Source: Spirochaetales bacterium Spiro_03 (lineage in GTDB: Bacteria; Spirochaetota; Spirochaetia; Sphaerochaetales; Sphaerochaetaceae). From it: DNA of 59,466 nt. Positions 28,900-38,590 of this stretch are shown one piece after another (the stretch's first letter is position 1; every line of letters starts with the position of its first letter). A program made the position numbers and the translations under genes. Location of the stretch: the NCBI GenBank assembly GCA_001603105.1, contig LVBE01000036.1, positions 1 to 59,466 on the forward strand, in the 5' to 3' direction. The notes below the pieces were generated by a model. That model did not search any database. It saw nothing but the letters and a program-made list of their open reading frames with translations, and was not told the origin of the DNA.

Positions 28900-30123
28900 A
28901 TGGTCAAGCTGGCAGTGCGCAACATAACAAGAAACCTCCGTCGCTCCCTGCTGTGTGCCTTCGCCATCGCAGTCAGCGCGATGGCGATCGTCCTCCTCTT
29001 CGCCCTCATCGATGGCATGGAGGCGGATATGCGGGACAACCTGGTCAAATACTATACCGGTGAGATCAGGATCCGCAGTAGCGGGTATGCCGAACATGAA
29101 CGCTACCGACCGCTCTACCAGAGCCTCGATTACGCCACCATCACCGCGGTGCTCGATCGGATGGACGAGGTGGCAGCCAGCAGCGGACGCATCGAATTCC
29201 CCCTGTCGATCTACCTAGGAGAGAGGAGTCGACCGGCTGTCGGCCTCGGCCTTGATTTTGAGCGTGAGCACGCCTTCAGCAACCTTGGGACGATCCTCAC
29301 CGATGGCCGACTGCCCACCGGTGGGACCAATGAACTTCTTCTCGGAGCCGCCCTTGCCAAGAGCCTGGGCACCAACATCGGAGAGCGGCTGACGCTGCTG
29401 GCCTCCACCGCAGCAGGCAGTACCAATGCGATGAGCTTCACCGTTGTGGGCATCGTCACACCACCGATCGGTGCACTGAGCGCATCGGCGCTCTACCTGG
29501 ACCTTGAGCGTGCCCAGCGCCTGCTCCATATGGAGGGACAGGTACAGCAGATAGTAGTGCGGGCCGTATCCAAGGCCCCACTCTCGCCCCTCGCCGCCCG
29601 CATCGCAGCCGACATCTTCACAACGGTGGGCATTGAGGTAGAGAGCAAGACATTCTCCCAGATCAACGAGCTCTTTGCGCTCTTTTTGACCGCACGGCTC
29701 ATCTACTACGCCATCGCCCTGGTCTTCTTCATCCTCGGCAGCACCGTGATCATCAACACGACAATGATGGTAATCTACGAGCGGATGGCAGAGATCGGGA
29801 TGATGAAAGCCATGGGGATGCAGGACGGTGAGGTCCGCCTCCTCTTCTTGCTCGAAGGCGCCTTCATCAGCGCCGTGGGGGCGTTGGTCGGTGTCCTTGT
29901 CGCACTGCTCATCGCCTACCTCTTGGGCAAGAGGGGCATCGACTTCACTGAGGCGATGAGCGGTGTCGACATGGAGATCAGCTCGGTCCTCTATCCAAGG
30001 ACCAATGTGCGTACCTCAATAGGCATCTACGTCTACGGCGTGCTCATCGCAACGCTAGCCACCCTCGCCCCCACCCGCCGCGCTGCCAAAATACAAGTCG
30101 TGGAGGCCCTCAACTATGTCTAG
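28900..30123 (+). CDS. FtsX/LolC-E-like ABC permease (second subunit)
   Basis: RNITRNLRRS..., NTTMMVIYERMAEIGMMKAMG, PTRRAAKIQVVEAL. Confidence 0.9.
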   Translation: MVKLAVRNITRNLRRSLLCAFAIAVSAMAIVLLFALIDGMEADMRDNLVKYYTGEIRIRSSGYAEHERYRPLYQSLDYATITAVLDRMDEVAASSGRIEFPLSIYLGERSRPAVGLGLDFEREHAFSNLGTILTDGRLPTGGTNELLLGAALAKSLGTNIGERLTLLASTAAGSTNAMSFTVVGIVTPPIGALSASALYLDLERAQRLLHMEGQVQQIVVRAVSKAPLSPLAARIAADIFTTVGIEVESKTFSQINELFALFLTARLIYYAIALVFFILGSTVIINTTMMVIYERMAEIGMMKAMGMQDGEVRLLFLLEGAFISAVGALVGVLVALLIAYLLGKRGIDFTEAMSGVDMEISSVLYPRTNVRTSIGIYVYGVLIATLATLAPTRRAAKIQVVEALNYV

Positions 30124-30856
30124 AAAATTTCTCATCCTCACTCTCTGTCTGAGCGTGGCAACCCTTCTGCCATTGATGGGGGCGACCGCCCAGCAGATCA
30201 TAGCCGCCCTGGACGCCAACACGCACTTCTCCACTAGCCACAGCACGGGCTTTATCACCACTGTCGACCGCTTTGGGACGCGAACCTCCACGTTTGAGGC
30301 GTGGGCGAAGGGGGAGCATACCAGCCTCATCGCTTTTACCAGCGGCCTCGAGCGAGGACAGAAGATCCTGCGCACCGAATCGAGCCTCTATCTCTACTAC
30401 CCCGATGCCGACCAAGTGATCCGCCTGCAGGGGGCGGCGCTGCGCCAATCGGTCTTGGGCAGCGACCTCAGCTATGAGGATTTGACCAAGGAGGGCAATA
30501 CCCTCTCCTCCTACCAAGCAACACTCCTAGGAGAGGAGCGATTCGATGATGTCCTATGCTGGGTTGTCAAACTCGAGGCGAAGAGCAAGAGCAGCGCCTA
30601 CCCGACGCAGACACTGTGGATAGACCAAGAGCACACGGTGGTGCGCAAGGCCCGCTACGCCACTTCCAGTGGGCGCGGCCTGAAGGAGATGGAGGTCATC
30701 GAGACAATGGAGGTCAACGGCAGGGTGGTAGCCAAAAAGAGCCGTGTTGTCGATCTTTTGAAGAAGAATAGCCACACCACCATGCACATCGAGTCCCTTG
30801 AAATCGACCTTGCGCTGTCCGATGCCATCTTTGGCCTGGAGAATCTATCATGGTAA
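30116..30856 (+). CDS. LolA-like 'outer membrane lipoprotein-sorting' protein
   Basis: Signal peptide. RGQKIL, LYLYYP..DQVIRL, SVLGSDLSYEDL, LWID. Same motifs as 18667-19425. Confidence 0.88.
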   Translation: MSRKFLILTLCLSVATLLPLMGATAQQIIAALDANTHFSTSHSTGFITTVDRFGTRTSTFEAWAKGEHTSLIAFTSGLERGQKILRTESSLYLYYPDADQVIRLQGAALRQSVLGSDLSYEDLTKEGNTLSSYQATLLGEERFDDVLCWVVKLEAKSKSSAYPTQTLWIDQEHTVVRKARYATSSGRGLKEMEVIETMEVNGRVVAKKSRVVDLLKKNSHTTMHIESLEIDLALSDAIFGLENLSW

Positions 30857-31824
30857 TAAGACGATGGGCCACTGCCCTCGCCCTGCTCACCTGGGCCATC
30901 ACCTGTCTCGCAGGCGCAGCTCTCAGCGGGGATCTGACGTTCTCACACACCCTCTCCTATCGTGAAGGGATCGGGTATCAGGCCCTCTACAATCCGACAG
31001 TGGAGATCTCGCTGGCCTCCCCAAGCCAAGGCTCCATTCGGGCCGAGGTTCGCATGCGCATCCCCCCATCTGGGGCCGGCACACATTGGGATGCGTACAT
31101 CAGCCGCTCATACCTACGCGCCCGGCTGAGCCATCTACGCCTGACCGCGGGCAAGGGACCCCTTGTATGGGGTGATGGGTTTCTCTTCAATGCCGCTGAT
31201 GTAGCCATCCGCCGTTTTGACCGCACGAGGTCAGATCCTGCCTTGGATGCCATCTGGCAAAGTGCGCTCTACATTCCGATCGCTGACTTTGATTTTGTCG
31301 AAGTGGTCGCCCTCCCCACTATAGACAGCGCCGATTTGGGGGTAGGGGGGCGATTCTATCTGGGCAGATGGGCGCTGAAGGCGGAGGCGGGATATGTCTA
31401 CAGGCAGCGCACACACACCCCGTATGTGAGCCTTCAGGGCCACTTCGGCCTCGATTGGTGGCTCGCCTCCTCAGCCGATATCACCGACGACATCGATGAG
31501 GTGCGCATCAGCTTTGGAATCCTCCACTTCTTCTCACTCTTCGGAGGCAGAACCCTTTCGATGAGGGCGGAGGCACGCTCCACGGTCGTCGGGGTGCAGC
31601 AGGATTGGGCTATTGGAGTTGAGGCCACGTACGCCCCTGCTCAAAGTCACCACTATAGCCTTACGGCAACCTACACATCGGATCAGATGTCACTGGCCAT
31701 CGCGGCAGGTACAACGATTACCGCCCTCGAGGCGTTGACGATTTCAGCTTTTTTGAATGTATCGACAGATGCGTGGCACCTTGATCAAGTGGGGGCGACC
31801 CTATCGGCTTCGCATCGTTTTTAA
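30850..31824 (+). CDS. Secreted, probable beta-barrel protein
   Basis: Signal peptide, AGKGPLVWGDGFLFNAAD motif, beta-strand alternation, C-terminal SASHRF. Confidence 0.65.
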   Translation: MVIRRWATALALLTWAITCLAGAALSGDLTFSHTLSYREGIGYQALYNPTVEISLASPSQGSIRAEVRMRIPPSGAGTHWDAYISRSYLRARLSHLRLTAGKGPLVWGDGFLFNAADVAIRRFDRTRSDPALDAIWQSALYIPIADFDFVEVVALPTIDSADLGVGGRFYLGRWALKAEAGYVYRQRTHTPYVSLQGHFGLDWWLASSADITDDIDEVRISFGILHFFSLFGGRTLSMRAEARSTVVGVQQDWAIGVEATYAPAQSHHYSLTATYTSDQMSLAIAAGTTITALEALTISAFLNVSTDAWHLDQVGATLSASHRF

Positions 31825-32498
31825 GAGAGGATCTCCCCATCGGTTGAGAGGGTCACCACCGCAAGCGGAACAATCTTGCCACTAGCTGCCACCGCCCGCT
31901 TGACGGCGTGGTCGAGGCCTCCGCAGCAGGGAACCTCCATGCGCGCGACGGTGATGGAGCGGACATTGTGGTCTGTGATGATCTGGGTGAGCTTCTCAGC
32001 GTAGTCGACATTGTCCAGTTTGGGGCAGCCGATGAGGGTCACTCGATCCTTCATGAAGGTCTGGTGGAAGGATCCATGTGCGAAGGCCGCACAATCGGCG
32101 GCGACCAAGAGGTCACAGTTGTTCAGAAAGGCGGCGTTGGGGGCAACGAGCTTCAGCTGAACCGGCCATTGACGCAGTGCACTCGCCTGTGGCGCTGAAG
32201 GCGCAGGTGCGCGCCCCTCCTCTTGCGGTCCCTTGAACTTGATCTGGGTACCCGGGCAAGAGAAGACCGGCTCTGCATCATCACGCTCGTGGGTGAAGGC
32301 AGCAGCCTCCCGCATTTCGAAGGTGATGGCACCACTGGGGCACATCGGCAGACAGTTGCCCAGCCCGTCACAGTAATCCTCGCGCAGCAGTACTGCCTTG
32401 CCGTTCACCATTCCGATGGCGCCCTCCTGGCATGCGCTTACGCAGAGGCCACAGCCGATGCACTGCTCTTGGTCTATATTGATGACTTGTCGTACCAT
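31821..32498 (-). CDS. 4Fe-4S ferredoxin-domain protein (FrdX-like)
   Basis: CIGCGLCVSAC, YCDGLGNCLPMCP, LRQWPVQL, AADC, GCPKLD, MEVPCC. Confidence 0.88.
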   Translation of the reverse strand: MVRQVINIDQEQCIGCGLCVSACQEGAIGMVNGKAVLLREDYCDGLGNCLPMCPSGAITFEMREAAAFTHERDDAEPVFSCPGTQIKFKGPQEEGRAPAPSAPQASALRQWPVQLKLVAPNAAFLNNCDLLVAADCAAFAHGSFHQTFMKDRVTLIGCPKLDNVDYAEKLTQIITDHNVRSITVARMEVPCCGGLDHAVKRAVAASGKIVPLAVVTLSTDGEILS

Positions 32499-32555
32499 AG
32501 TATTCTCCATTGTCTGGAATCGATGGGTATGCTACCATGCCAGAGACGAAGATTA

Positions 32556-32571
32556 TGTTGTTTTTGCAACA
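32556..32571. promoter_or_regulatory. Dyad TGTTGT-TTTT-GCAACA, candidate site for the adjacent Crp/Fnr (HcpR-like) regulator
   Basis: TGTTG-N6-CAACA inverted repeat between the divergent ferredoxin and Crp genes. Confidence 0.6.
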
Positions 32572-32585
32572 AAACGGAGGCTTTG

Positions 32586-33251
32586 ATGGACCTGATCCCA
32601 ATCTTACGCACATCACCGCTTTTTGAGGGAGCCAGTGGTGAGGAGGTCCATGCCCTGATTCAATGCCTCGGAGGACGGGTTCGTGACTTTCCCCGCGACT
32701 ACACCATCATCGATGAAGGAGAGTGCAGCGATGAGCTGGGCATCGTGCTCAAAGGGGCAGTCCATATCAATCGCCACGACTTCTGGGGAAACCGCTCCCT
32801 GGTGGCCAACGTCACAATCGGAGAGAGCTTTGCCGAGGCGCTTGCCTGCACCGCCTTGCCCAGCGAGGTGAGCGTCGTCACCGCAACGCACTGCAGCATC
32901 CTCTTCCTTGATGTGCACAAGATCATCACCAGCTGTGAGAACAACTGTCGCTACCACCACACCCTCATCGAGAATATGGTACGTTTATTGAGTAGGAAGA
33001 ACCTGGAGTTGATGAAGAAGATCACCCACCTTACCAAACGTTCGACGCGGGAAAAGCTGCTCTCCTACCTGCTCGCTGAGTCAAAGCGCCAGGGCAGTCG
33101 CTCATTCACCATCCCCTTTGACCGCCAGCAACTTGCCGACTACCTCGCCGTCGAACGTAGTGCGATGTCAAGCGAGCTCTCCAAGATGCGTGACGATGGG
33201 CTGGTGGAGTACCAAAGACGGGATTTTACCTTGCATTATGAGGAGCATTAG
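32586..33251 (+). CDS. Crp/Fnr-family regulator (HcpR-like)
   Basis: SPLFEG, cNMP-binding-like domain, STREKLLSYL, FDRQQLADYLAVERSAMSSELSKM HTH. GGAGG RBS before ATG 32586. Confidence 0.9.
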   Translation: MDLIPILRTSPLFEGASGEEVHALIQCLGGRVRDFPRDYTIIDEGECSDELGIVLKGAVHINRHDFWGNRSLVANVTIGESFAEALACTALPSEVSVVTATHCSILFLDVHKIITSCENNCRYHHTLIENMVRLLSRKNLELMKKITHLTKRSTREKLLSYLLAESKRQGSRSFTIPFDRQQLADYLAVERSAMSSELSKMRDDGLVEYQRRDFTLHYEEH

Positions 33252-33647
33252 ATGAAACGAATGATTCTGGCATTGACTGTGACAACCTTGATCCTCTCCT
33301 CCTGTGCGACGAGCCGGCGGGCCCAGGTTCTGCCGTTTTCAGTCATCGAGGAAAAGAGCGGTCAGTTCTTTGCCCTCTCGCTCACATTCGATTCTCTGAC
33401 CGAAAGCGGGTATCGCATCGGCGATTGGGTACAGCTGGATATCGACGGGGTCGTGATCCACGCCCTGATCGCCGACAGTCCCCACCACAGCTACCCGACA
33501 GTGGTCCGCGCCGGCGATACGGTCCAGGTGCTGCTGCCCAGCGCCTTTGCAAGCGGGAGCAGCGGAACACTGCGCCCTTCTTTGTATCAAGGCCAGAAGC
33601 CTGCATCGTCGGTGAGCCTGTCAGGGAGCTTTGTCTTCACCTTCTAG
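33252..33647 (+). CDS. Hypothetical lipoprotein
   Basis: MKR, hydrophobic stretch, lipobox ILSSC. GAGGAG RBS. Confidence 0.7.
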   Translation: MKRMILALTVTTLILSSCATSRRAQVLPFSVIEEKSGQFFALSLTFDSLTESGYRIGDWVQLDIDGVVIHALIADSPHHSYPTVVRAGDTVQVLLPSAFASGSSGTLRPSLYQGQKPASSVSLSGSFVFTF

Positions 33648-34139
33648 CAATACCGGCTCGTCGATCAGGTCGAAGATATCGAGCGCAGCCTCAATGAGGA
33701 AGGAGGCTGCTGCCGCATCAGAGAGGGAGTCGGTATACAGGCCCAGGCTTTGGCGCTCCCCGCGGCTGTAGAGAAAGCCATACACCGGACCAAAGACGCC
33801 CTTGGTCTGGTACTCTGCCTGCAGCTCGCGCAGCGAACAGCCGAGGGTGAGGGCGAGGGAGCGCAGATCCTCCATCTCCAGGGAGACGACGAGGATTGTC
33901 TGACCTGAGCGCTGCACCACCAAGGAGTACGGCAGCGCCACCAAGCTCTCGCTGCTACGCGTAGGTGGGTTTTTGTAGAAGATGGCCGTAAGCGACCCGA
34001 GAGCCCAACGTCCTAGTGGGCGGCTAGCTGGGTCAGGCAGTGCGTGCCAGATCAAGGGGTCGATCGCCGGTTGGGTTTCGGGGTCTAGGAACATATCACT
34101 CTCCGCCCCTACAGTAGCGTGTAACGCGAATGCATACAA
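33621..34139 (-). CDS. Hypothetical protein
   Basis: 172-aa ORF directly after the YihY gene. No recognisable motif; start uncertain. Confidence 0.65.
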   Translation of the reverse strand: MYAFALHATVGAESDMFLDPETQPAIDPLIWHALPDPASRPLGRWALGSLTAIFYKNPPTRSSESLVALPYSLVVQRSGQTILVVSLEMEDLRSLALTLGCSLRELQAEYQTKGVFGPVYGFLYSRGERQSLGLYTDSLSDAAAASFLIEAALDIFDLIDEPVLLEGEDKAP

Positions 34140-34143
34140 GAGC

Positions 34144-35409
34144 TCAGATTCGCTGCAATAGGTTCTCGATCGTCAATGAGCCGAGCGAGGCGATTCCTTT
34201 GGCTTTCACCTCTTTGGCAACCGCCTCCCCGGCGGTGTCATGCTCCACCTCATCGATGCTCTCAAGACCATAGAGCGCGTTGACCAGGTCCTGGAGGCGG
34301 AGGTTATCAAGCGGCTGCTTGGGGATGAAGGCGGTGTAGCTGTTGTTGGTCGGGGTGATGAAGTCCAGCTGGCTGAGCAGTTGCAGAAAAGCTTGCAGCC
34401 GATTGTACGGGATGGCGAGGCGGTCGAGCATCTGGCGTGTGGTGGTCGCACCCTTGCCGTCTCGGAAGTTGCTGCCGATCAACATCATGATGTTGGTCCC
34501 CTCGCTGAGTTGCATCGCAGCGCTCTGCGGCAAGCCCGTGATGGTCGACCCATCGGGGCGGAACTGGAAGACGTAGGCAAGAACAACGGAGAAGAAGACC
34601 GTCGCCCAGAAGACGTAACAGAAGAAGAGGAAGAGGAAGACAGCGGCCAGCGATCCGTAGATGACCGAGAAGTTCGTCGCCATCCGGGTCAACAGCGAGG
34701 TGAACTTGCTGAAGACCGTTATGATGACCATGCCGCTGAGGCTACCGAGCAGCGCCGCATTGAAGCGGACCTTGGTATTGGGGACAAAGTAGATCAGAAG
34801 AAAGAGGATCAGGGCGACGATCAGGGAGGGACCAAAGGTCCCGATCGCCTCAAAGCCGCGGCCAACGGGGATATCGAGGATCTTGAAGTACCACGAAGTC
34901 AGTGACGACTGCATGCTGACGTAGGCCGCGAGGAGCAGGCTGGCGACAATGAGGAAGGTGATGAAACCAGCGAAGCGTTTGATGGGGTTGTAATTTCGGC
35001 TGGAGCGATAGATCCGGTTGATGATCGACCACGCCTTATTGACCAACAGCGCCATCGTGACCAGAAAGGAGATCAATCCCACTACCCCAAGGCTCGTCGC
35101 ATTGCGGGTGTAGAGGGTGATCAGGTCCAAAAGCTGCCCACCGGCTTCAGCTCCCGCAAGGTCGATGACCCACTGATTGAGGACCTCGATGAGCGGTCCG
35201 AGGACACCGAGGGCGTTGAAGAAGGTGAAGAGGAAGGTCAGGGCAGGGACAATGGCCAAGAGCGTCGAGTATACTAGACCCGATGCGGAGTTGAGGATAT
35301 TGTCCCTGATGGACTGGCGTAGGACCGTGGACAGGAATTGGCCGCTGTAACGCAGGTTCTGTCTGGCTCCCTCCAGCCACCTGAGCACTAGATTCTCGCT
35401 ACGATCCAT
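34144..35409 (-). CDS. YihY/BrkB-family membrane protein with C-terminal winged-helix-like extension
   Basis: ASGLVYSTLLAIVP, YFVPNTKV, IYGSLAAV, C-terminal Rrf2-like region. Confidence 0.88.
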   Translation of the reverse strand: MDRSENLVLRWLEGARQNLRYSGQFLSTVLRQSIRDNILNSASGLVYSTLLAIVPALTFLFTFFNALGVLGPLIEVLNQWVIDLAGAEAGGQLLDLITLYTRNATSLGVVGLISFLVTMALLVNKAWSIINRIYRSSRNYNPIKRFAGFITFLIVASLLLAAYVSMQSSLTSWYFKILDIPVGRGFEAIGTFGPSLIVALILFLLIYFVPNTKVRFNAALLGSLSGMVIITVFSKFTSLLTRMATNFSVIYGSLAAVFLFLFFCYVFWATVFFSVVLAYVFQFRPDGSTITGLPQSAAMQLSEGTNIMMLIGSNFRDGKGATTTRQMLDRLAIPYNRLQAFLQLLSQLDFITPTNNSYTAFIPKQPLDNLRLQDLVNALYGLESIDEVEHDTAGEAVAKEVKAKGIASLGSLTIENLLQRI

Positions 35410-36314
35410 GTTCCGAGCACCTGCATCGTCTCAGCGCGGTCGGTCTCGTTGAGCAGCTCATGGCGACCGCCTTCGACGAGGGTGAAGCTAAGGTCTTCGA
35501 GGCCACAGCTTTGGTAGAGCTGGTGAACCTTGGCCACCCCTTTGCCAAAGCCACCGACTGGGTCATCGCTGCCGCTGATGATCAACATGGGCAGATCAGG
35601 TGGAAGGCGATGGGCGAGTGTACGGTCATTGGCCATCGCCACGCCATCGAGCAGGTCACAGAAGAAGCGCGAGGTGCAGACAAAGCCGCACAGCGGGTCA
35701 TCGATGTACTGCTTGACCCGCTCCTCATCACGGCTGAGCCAATCAAAGGGGGTCTTGGCGTTGGCAATCTTGTTGTTGAAGGAGCCGAAGCTCATCTTGT
35801 CCATCACCTTGTCGGGGTGGGTGGAGCCGTATTTCTTAGCATTGTGTGAGGCGATCATCCTACCGATGGTACCCAACAGGCCTTTGCTTGCGCCGCTGCC
35901 CATGATGATGGCGCCATCGACAAGGTCGGGGTTCTGGGCGATCAGGGTACGGGCCATGAAGGAGCCCATCGAGTGGCCCATGACAAAGAGCGGCACTTCA
36001 GGGTACTCGGCACCGATCAGGTTGGCCAGGGCGAGGGCATCGTCGACGACCCGCTGCCACCCTCCGCTTTCGGCGAACCAACCCAGCGTCGCATTGCCCT
36101 TCAGGGCGGTCTGTCCGTGACCTCGGTGGTCGGGGGCATAGACGCCGATCTGAAGCGTTGCCAGGTAGGTGGCAAACTCATCGTATCGCGCCGAGTGCTC
36201 CGCCATCCCGTGGAGGAGCAGCAACAACGCCTTGGGAGCCCCACCCTCAGGCATCCAGATACGATAGACCACTTCAACTGAATCATTGCTCTTCAATGTT
36301 CCCATCGTTGCCAT
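35388..36314 (-). CDS. Alpha/beta hydrolase (lysophospholipase/PldB-like)
   Basis: HGMAEH, DHRGHG, GHSMGS, DDPV, RHELLNE. Confidence 0.92.
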   Translation of the reverse strand: MATMGTLKSNDSVEVVYRIWMPEGGAPKALLLLLHGMAEHSARYDEFATYLATLQIGVYAPDHRGHGQTALKGNATLGWFAESGGWQRVVDDALALANLIGAEYPEVPLFVMGHSMGSFMARTLIAQNPDLVDGAIIMGSGASKGLLGTIGRMIASHNAKKYGSTHPDKVMDKMSFGSFNNKIANAKTPFDWLSRDEERVKQYIDDPLCGFVCTSRFFCDLLDGVAMANDRTLAHRLPPDLPMLIISGSDDPVGGFGKGVAKVHQLYQSCGLEDLSFTLVEGGRHELLNETDRAETMQVLGTWIVARI

Positions 36315-36389
36315 ACGCACCTCCCCCCCCATATACTGAATTATATAATTCCCGTATCATAGTAACAATATTGTGCGCAATTCTCAAGA

Positions 36390-36962
36390 ATGAATTTCAC
36401 GATTGTTGCAATAAAGGAGGATCGGGTGCAGGGTTTGTCCACCGTGCTCATCACCGCAGACCTTCACGGCTCCACCGCTGCCCTTGAGGCGATACTCAGG
36501 CGTTGTGAAGCCGAAGGGGCCAGTAGCCTCATCATCGCGGGCGACCTCTGCCCTCCCGATGACCCGCTCTTTGCATCGTTCTTGCAACAGGCCCCTTCGC
36601 CGCTCATCGTCCGGGGCAACTGTGACTCATCCTACGCCTTCAGTCGCGCCCGCCTTCCCTTGCCCCCGCGCATCCTCAGCGCCACGATCGGTGGGCGGAC
36701 AGTCGTAATAACCCACGGAGATCTGGAGATCGACTTTGGCCCCTGGTCTCTTACAGCCGGCGACATCATCGTCGTCGGGCACACCCATGTCCCCGGTCTC
36801 TTTCTTGATGAGGCGCAGATCCTTACCATCAATAGTGGCTCTCCTGTCCTGCCTCGCTCGGCCTTTGGGCCTACCTATGCACGCCTCGACGCGGCAGAAG
36901 CCTCAATTCACCGACTCGGTGATGGGTCACGGTGCCTCTCCATCGCCCTCAGTGAGCGATAG
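36390..36962 (+). CDS. YfcE-family metallophosphoesterase
   Basis: DLHG, AGD, RGNCD, THG, GHTH, NSGS. Start uncertain. Confidence 0.88.
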   Translation: MNFTIVAIKEDRVQGLSTVLITADLHGSTAALEAILRRCEAEGASSLIIAGDLCPPDDPLFASFLQQAPSPLIVRGNCDSSYAFSRARLPLPPRILSATIGGRTVVITHGDLEIDFGPWSLTAGDIIVVGHTHVPGLFLDEAQILTINSGSPVLPRSAFGPTYARLDAAEASIHRLGDGSRCLSIALSER

Positions 36963-38590
36963 GCATCAAGAAGGCGGGCAAGGGGTACGACTTGGGCTGT
37001 GTGAAAGTGGCTCTTTCCGTCAATGAGCACCCGCTCAGGCAAGTGGGGTGAAACCGTAGATCCAAGCTCGTCGTTGATCGTCTTTTCAAGGTCCAAGGCA
37101 GCGCGACCGTAGTCAATGATCTGCCTGATGGAGATCGGCCGTCCTTCAGCGAGCGTTGCCGCGGTGGCCAGGAGCAAGAACGAGCGCCGTTTGCCAAAGA
37201 GGTGGCGCTGGCCGGCCAGGTCGATCAGGGCGGTGGGATGGATGCCGACACAGCAGGCCGATGCGTTGAGTACCTGGGCAAAGCGGGCTCGCTGGGCCAA
37301 ATTCCGTTCCCATCCCCGTCGGTAGCGGTTGCCTCCGACCAACTCCCCATAGACGACCGTCTCATCACCGAGGGCGGTTAACAGCGCCGTTGCCGGCAGT
37401 GCCCTAAGGTCAAAGGGGGCTATAGGGCGCTTGCCTACCAGGTAGGCGTGAGAGCTGCCGCCATGGCGGTTGACCAGTTCATCCAGTGGGTACGAAAGCT
37501 CAATACCCCCGCCTCCTCGCCGGTAGGCAATGCTGTCCAAAAGCCGCTCCATGAGGGCGATATCGGGATTTCTGAGGTCAGGCACCCCGACCAAGAGCCC
37601 ATCCTCGCGGCTCTTTCGAGCCCAGATGAGCAACGCTGAGATGCTCACAGGATCGAGGCCATTGTCCAGACAGCGTCGATTGAGGCGAGCGATTGCCTTG
37701 GTCTCAAAGAAGCCAAGGTTCGGGCCAAGGGCAAGGCAATGGGCCAACGGGATCGGGTGGTCGAAGCTCTCCATCTTCTCGCTCAACGCCCACAGCCGCC
37801 CATCGACGCGGTAGGTCCACCCCTCGATGGCGGCCCATCCGTGTGTATTTGCCCGAGCGATCAAGGCGAGGTCGCCATGGCGGGCAATCGCGCGGGCACA
37901 GCTACTATGCCTCTGGCGCTGCATCAGGCGGCGATTGAACCGCCCCCCGAGCTTGGTGTCCTGACACTCCCGGCCCTCGCTCGGGGGAGTAAAGCCGATG
38001 TATTTGACGTTCTTGCGCCCAAGGACCGTGCCCACCCCGCCCTGACCGACGTTCGTCCCGTTGACCGACAGTGACGCATAGGGGCTGCCCTGGTCGGCTG
38101 CCGGACCGGCGACGATGAGGTGCGAAAGCCCGACCCGCTTCCCTACTGCGATGGTGCCGCTGTTGTGGTGCTCTTCGGCGGAAACGAAGCGGACAGTCGA
38201 TTCATCGATGATGATGCCCCCCAGGCGCCGCATCCGTCCGATGAGCACGACCGCCAGATAGCCACAGCCGAGGATGCCTCGAGCCAGCGTGGACGAGCCG
38301 GGCGAGGTAGCGATGCCAGCGGTGGTCGGATTGCGTGTCACCATGACAACGGAGGAGGGAAGAGCCAGATCCAGCTCCGCAGCCCCTGCGCTTGCGATGA
38401 CAAAGGGGTTGCCTGCCTCATAGGCAGCGCTTGCAAGATTTGCATCGTCCTTGTAGTGGCGCCACAGCTGCAGGGCGAGCAGCTTGCCGCCGAGGGTGCG
38501 CCGTGCCTGCACCTCGGTGAGCATGATGCGTTCACTCTGCTCTCTCTCAAGGTCGATGACAAGGATGGTGCGCCGGCTCTCTTGGTCCAT
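36908..38590 (-). CDS. Aldehyde:ferredoxin oxidoreductase-like protein, degenerate
   Basis: ILVIDL, LGGKLLA, NPFVI, RNPTTAGI, GPAA, GQGGVGTVLGRKNVKYI, GLDPVS, IAYRRGGG, FDLRA, LPER align by eye to the AOR fold. The CxxCxxxC Fe-S motif is absent. Confidence 0.75.
   Translation of the reverse strand: MDQESRRTILVIDLEREQSERIMLTEVQARRTLGGKLLALQLWRHYKDDANLASAAYEAGNPFVIASAGAAELDLALPSSVVMVTRNPTTAGIATSPGSSTLARGILGCGYLAVVLIGRMRRLGGIIIDESTVRFVSAEEHHNSGTIAVGKRVGLSHLIVAGPAADQGSPYASLSVNGTNVGQGGVGTVLGRKNVKYIGFTPPSEGRECQDTKLGGRFNRRLMQRQRHSSCARAIARHGDLALIARANTHGWAAIEGWTYRVDGRLWALSEKMESFDHPIPLAHCLALGPNLGFFETKAIARLNRRCLDNGLDPVSISALLIWARKSREDGLLVGVPDLRNPDIALMERLLDSIAYRRGGGGIELSYPLDELVNRHGGSSHAYLVGKRPIAPFDLRALPATALLTALGDETVVYGELVGGNRYRRGWERNLAQRARFAQVLNASACCVGIHPTALIDLAGQRHLFGKRRSFLLLATAATLAEGRPISIRQIIDYGRAALDLEKTINDELGSTVSPHLPERVLIDGKSHFHTAQVVPLARLLDAYRSLRAMERHRDPSPSR

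Noticed and set aside
36323-36330. Poly-C run (poly-G on the coding strand) next to the hydrolase RBS
   Set aside because: Outside the likely CDS and short. No evidence of phase variation.
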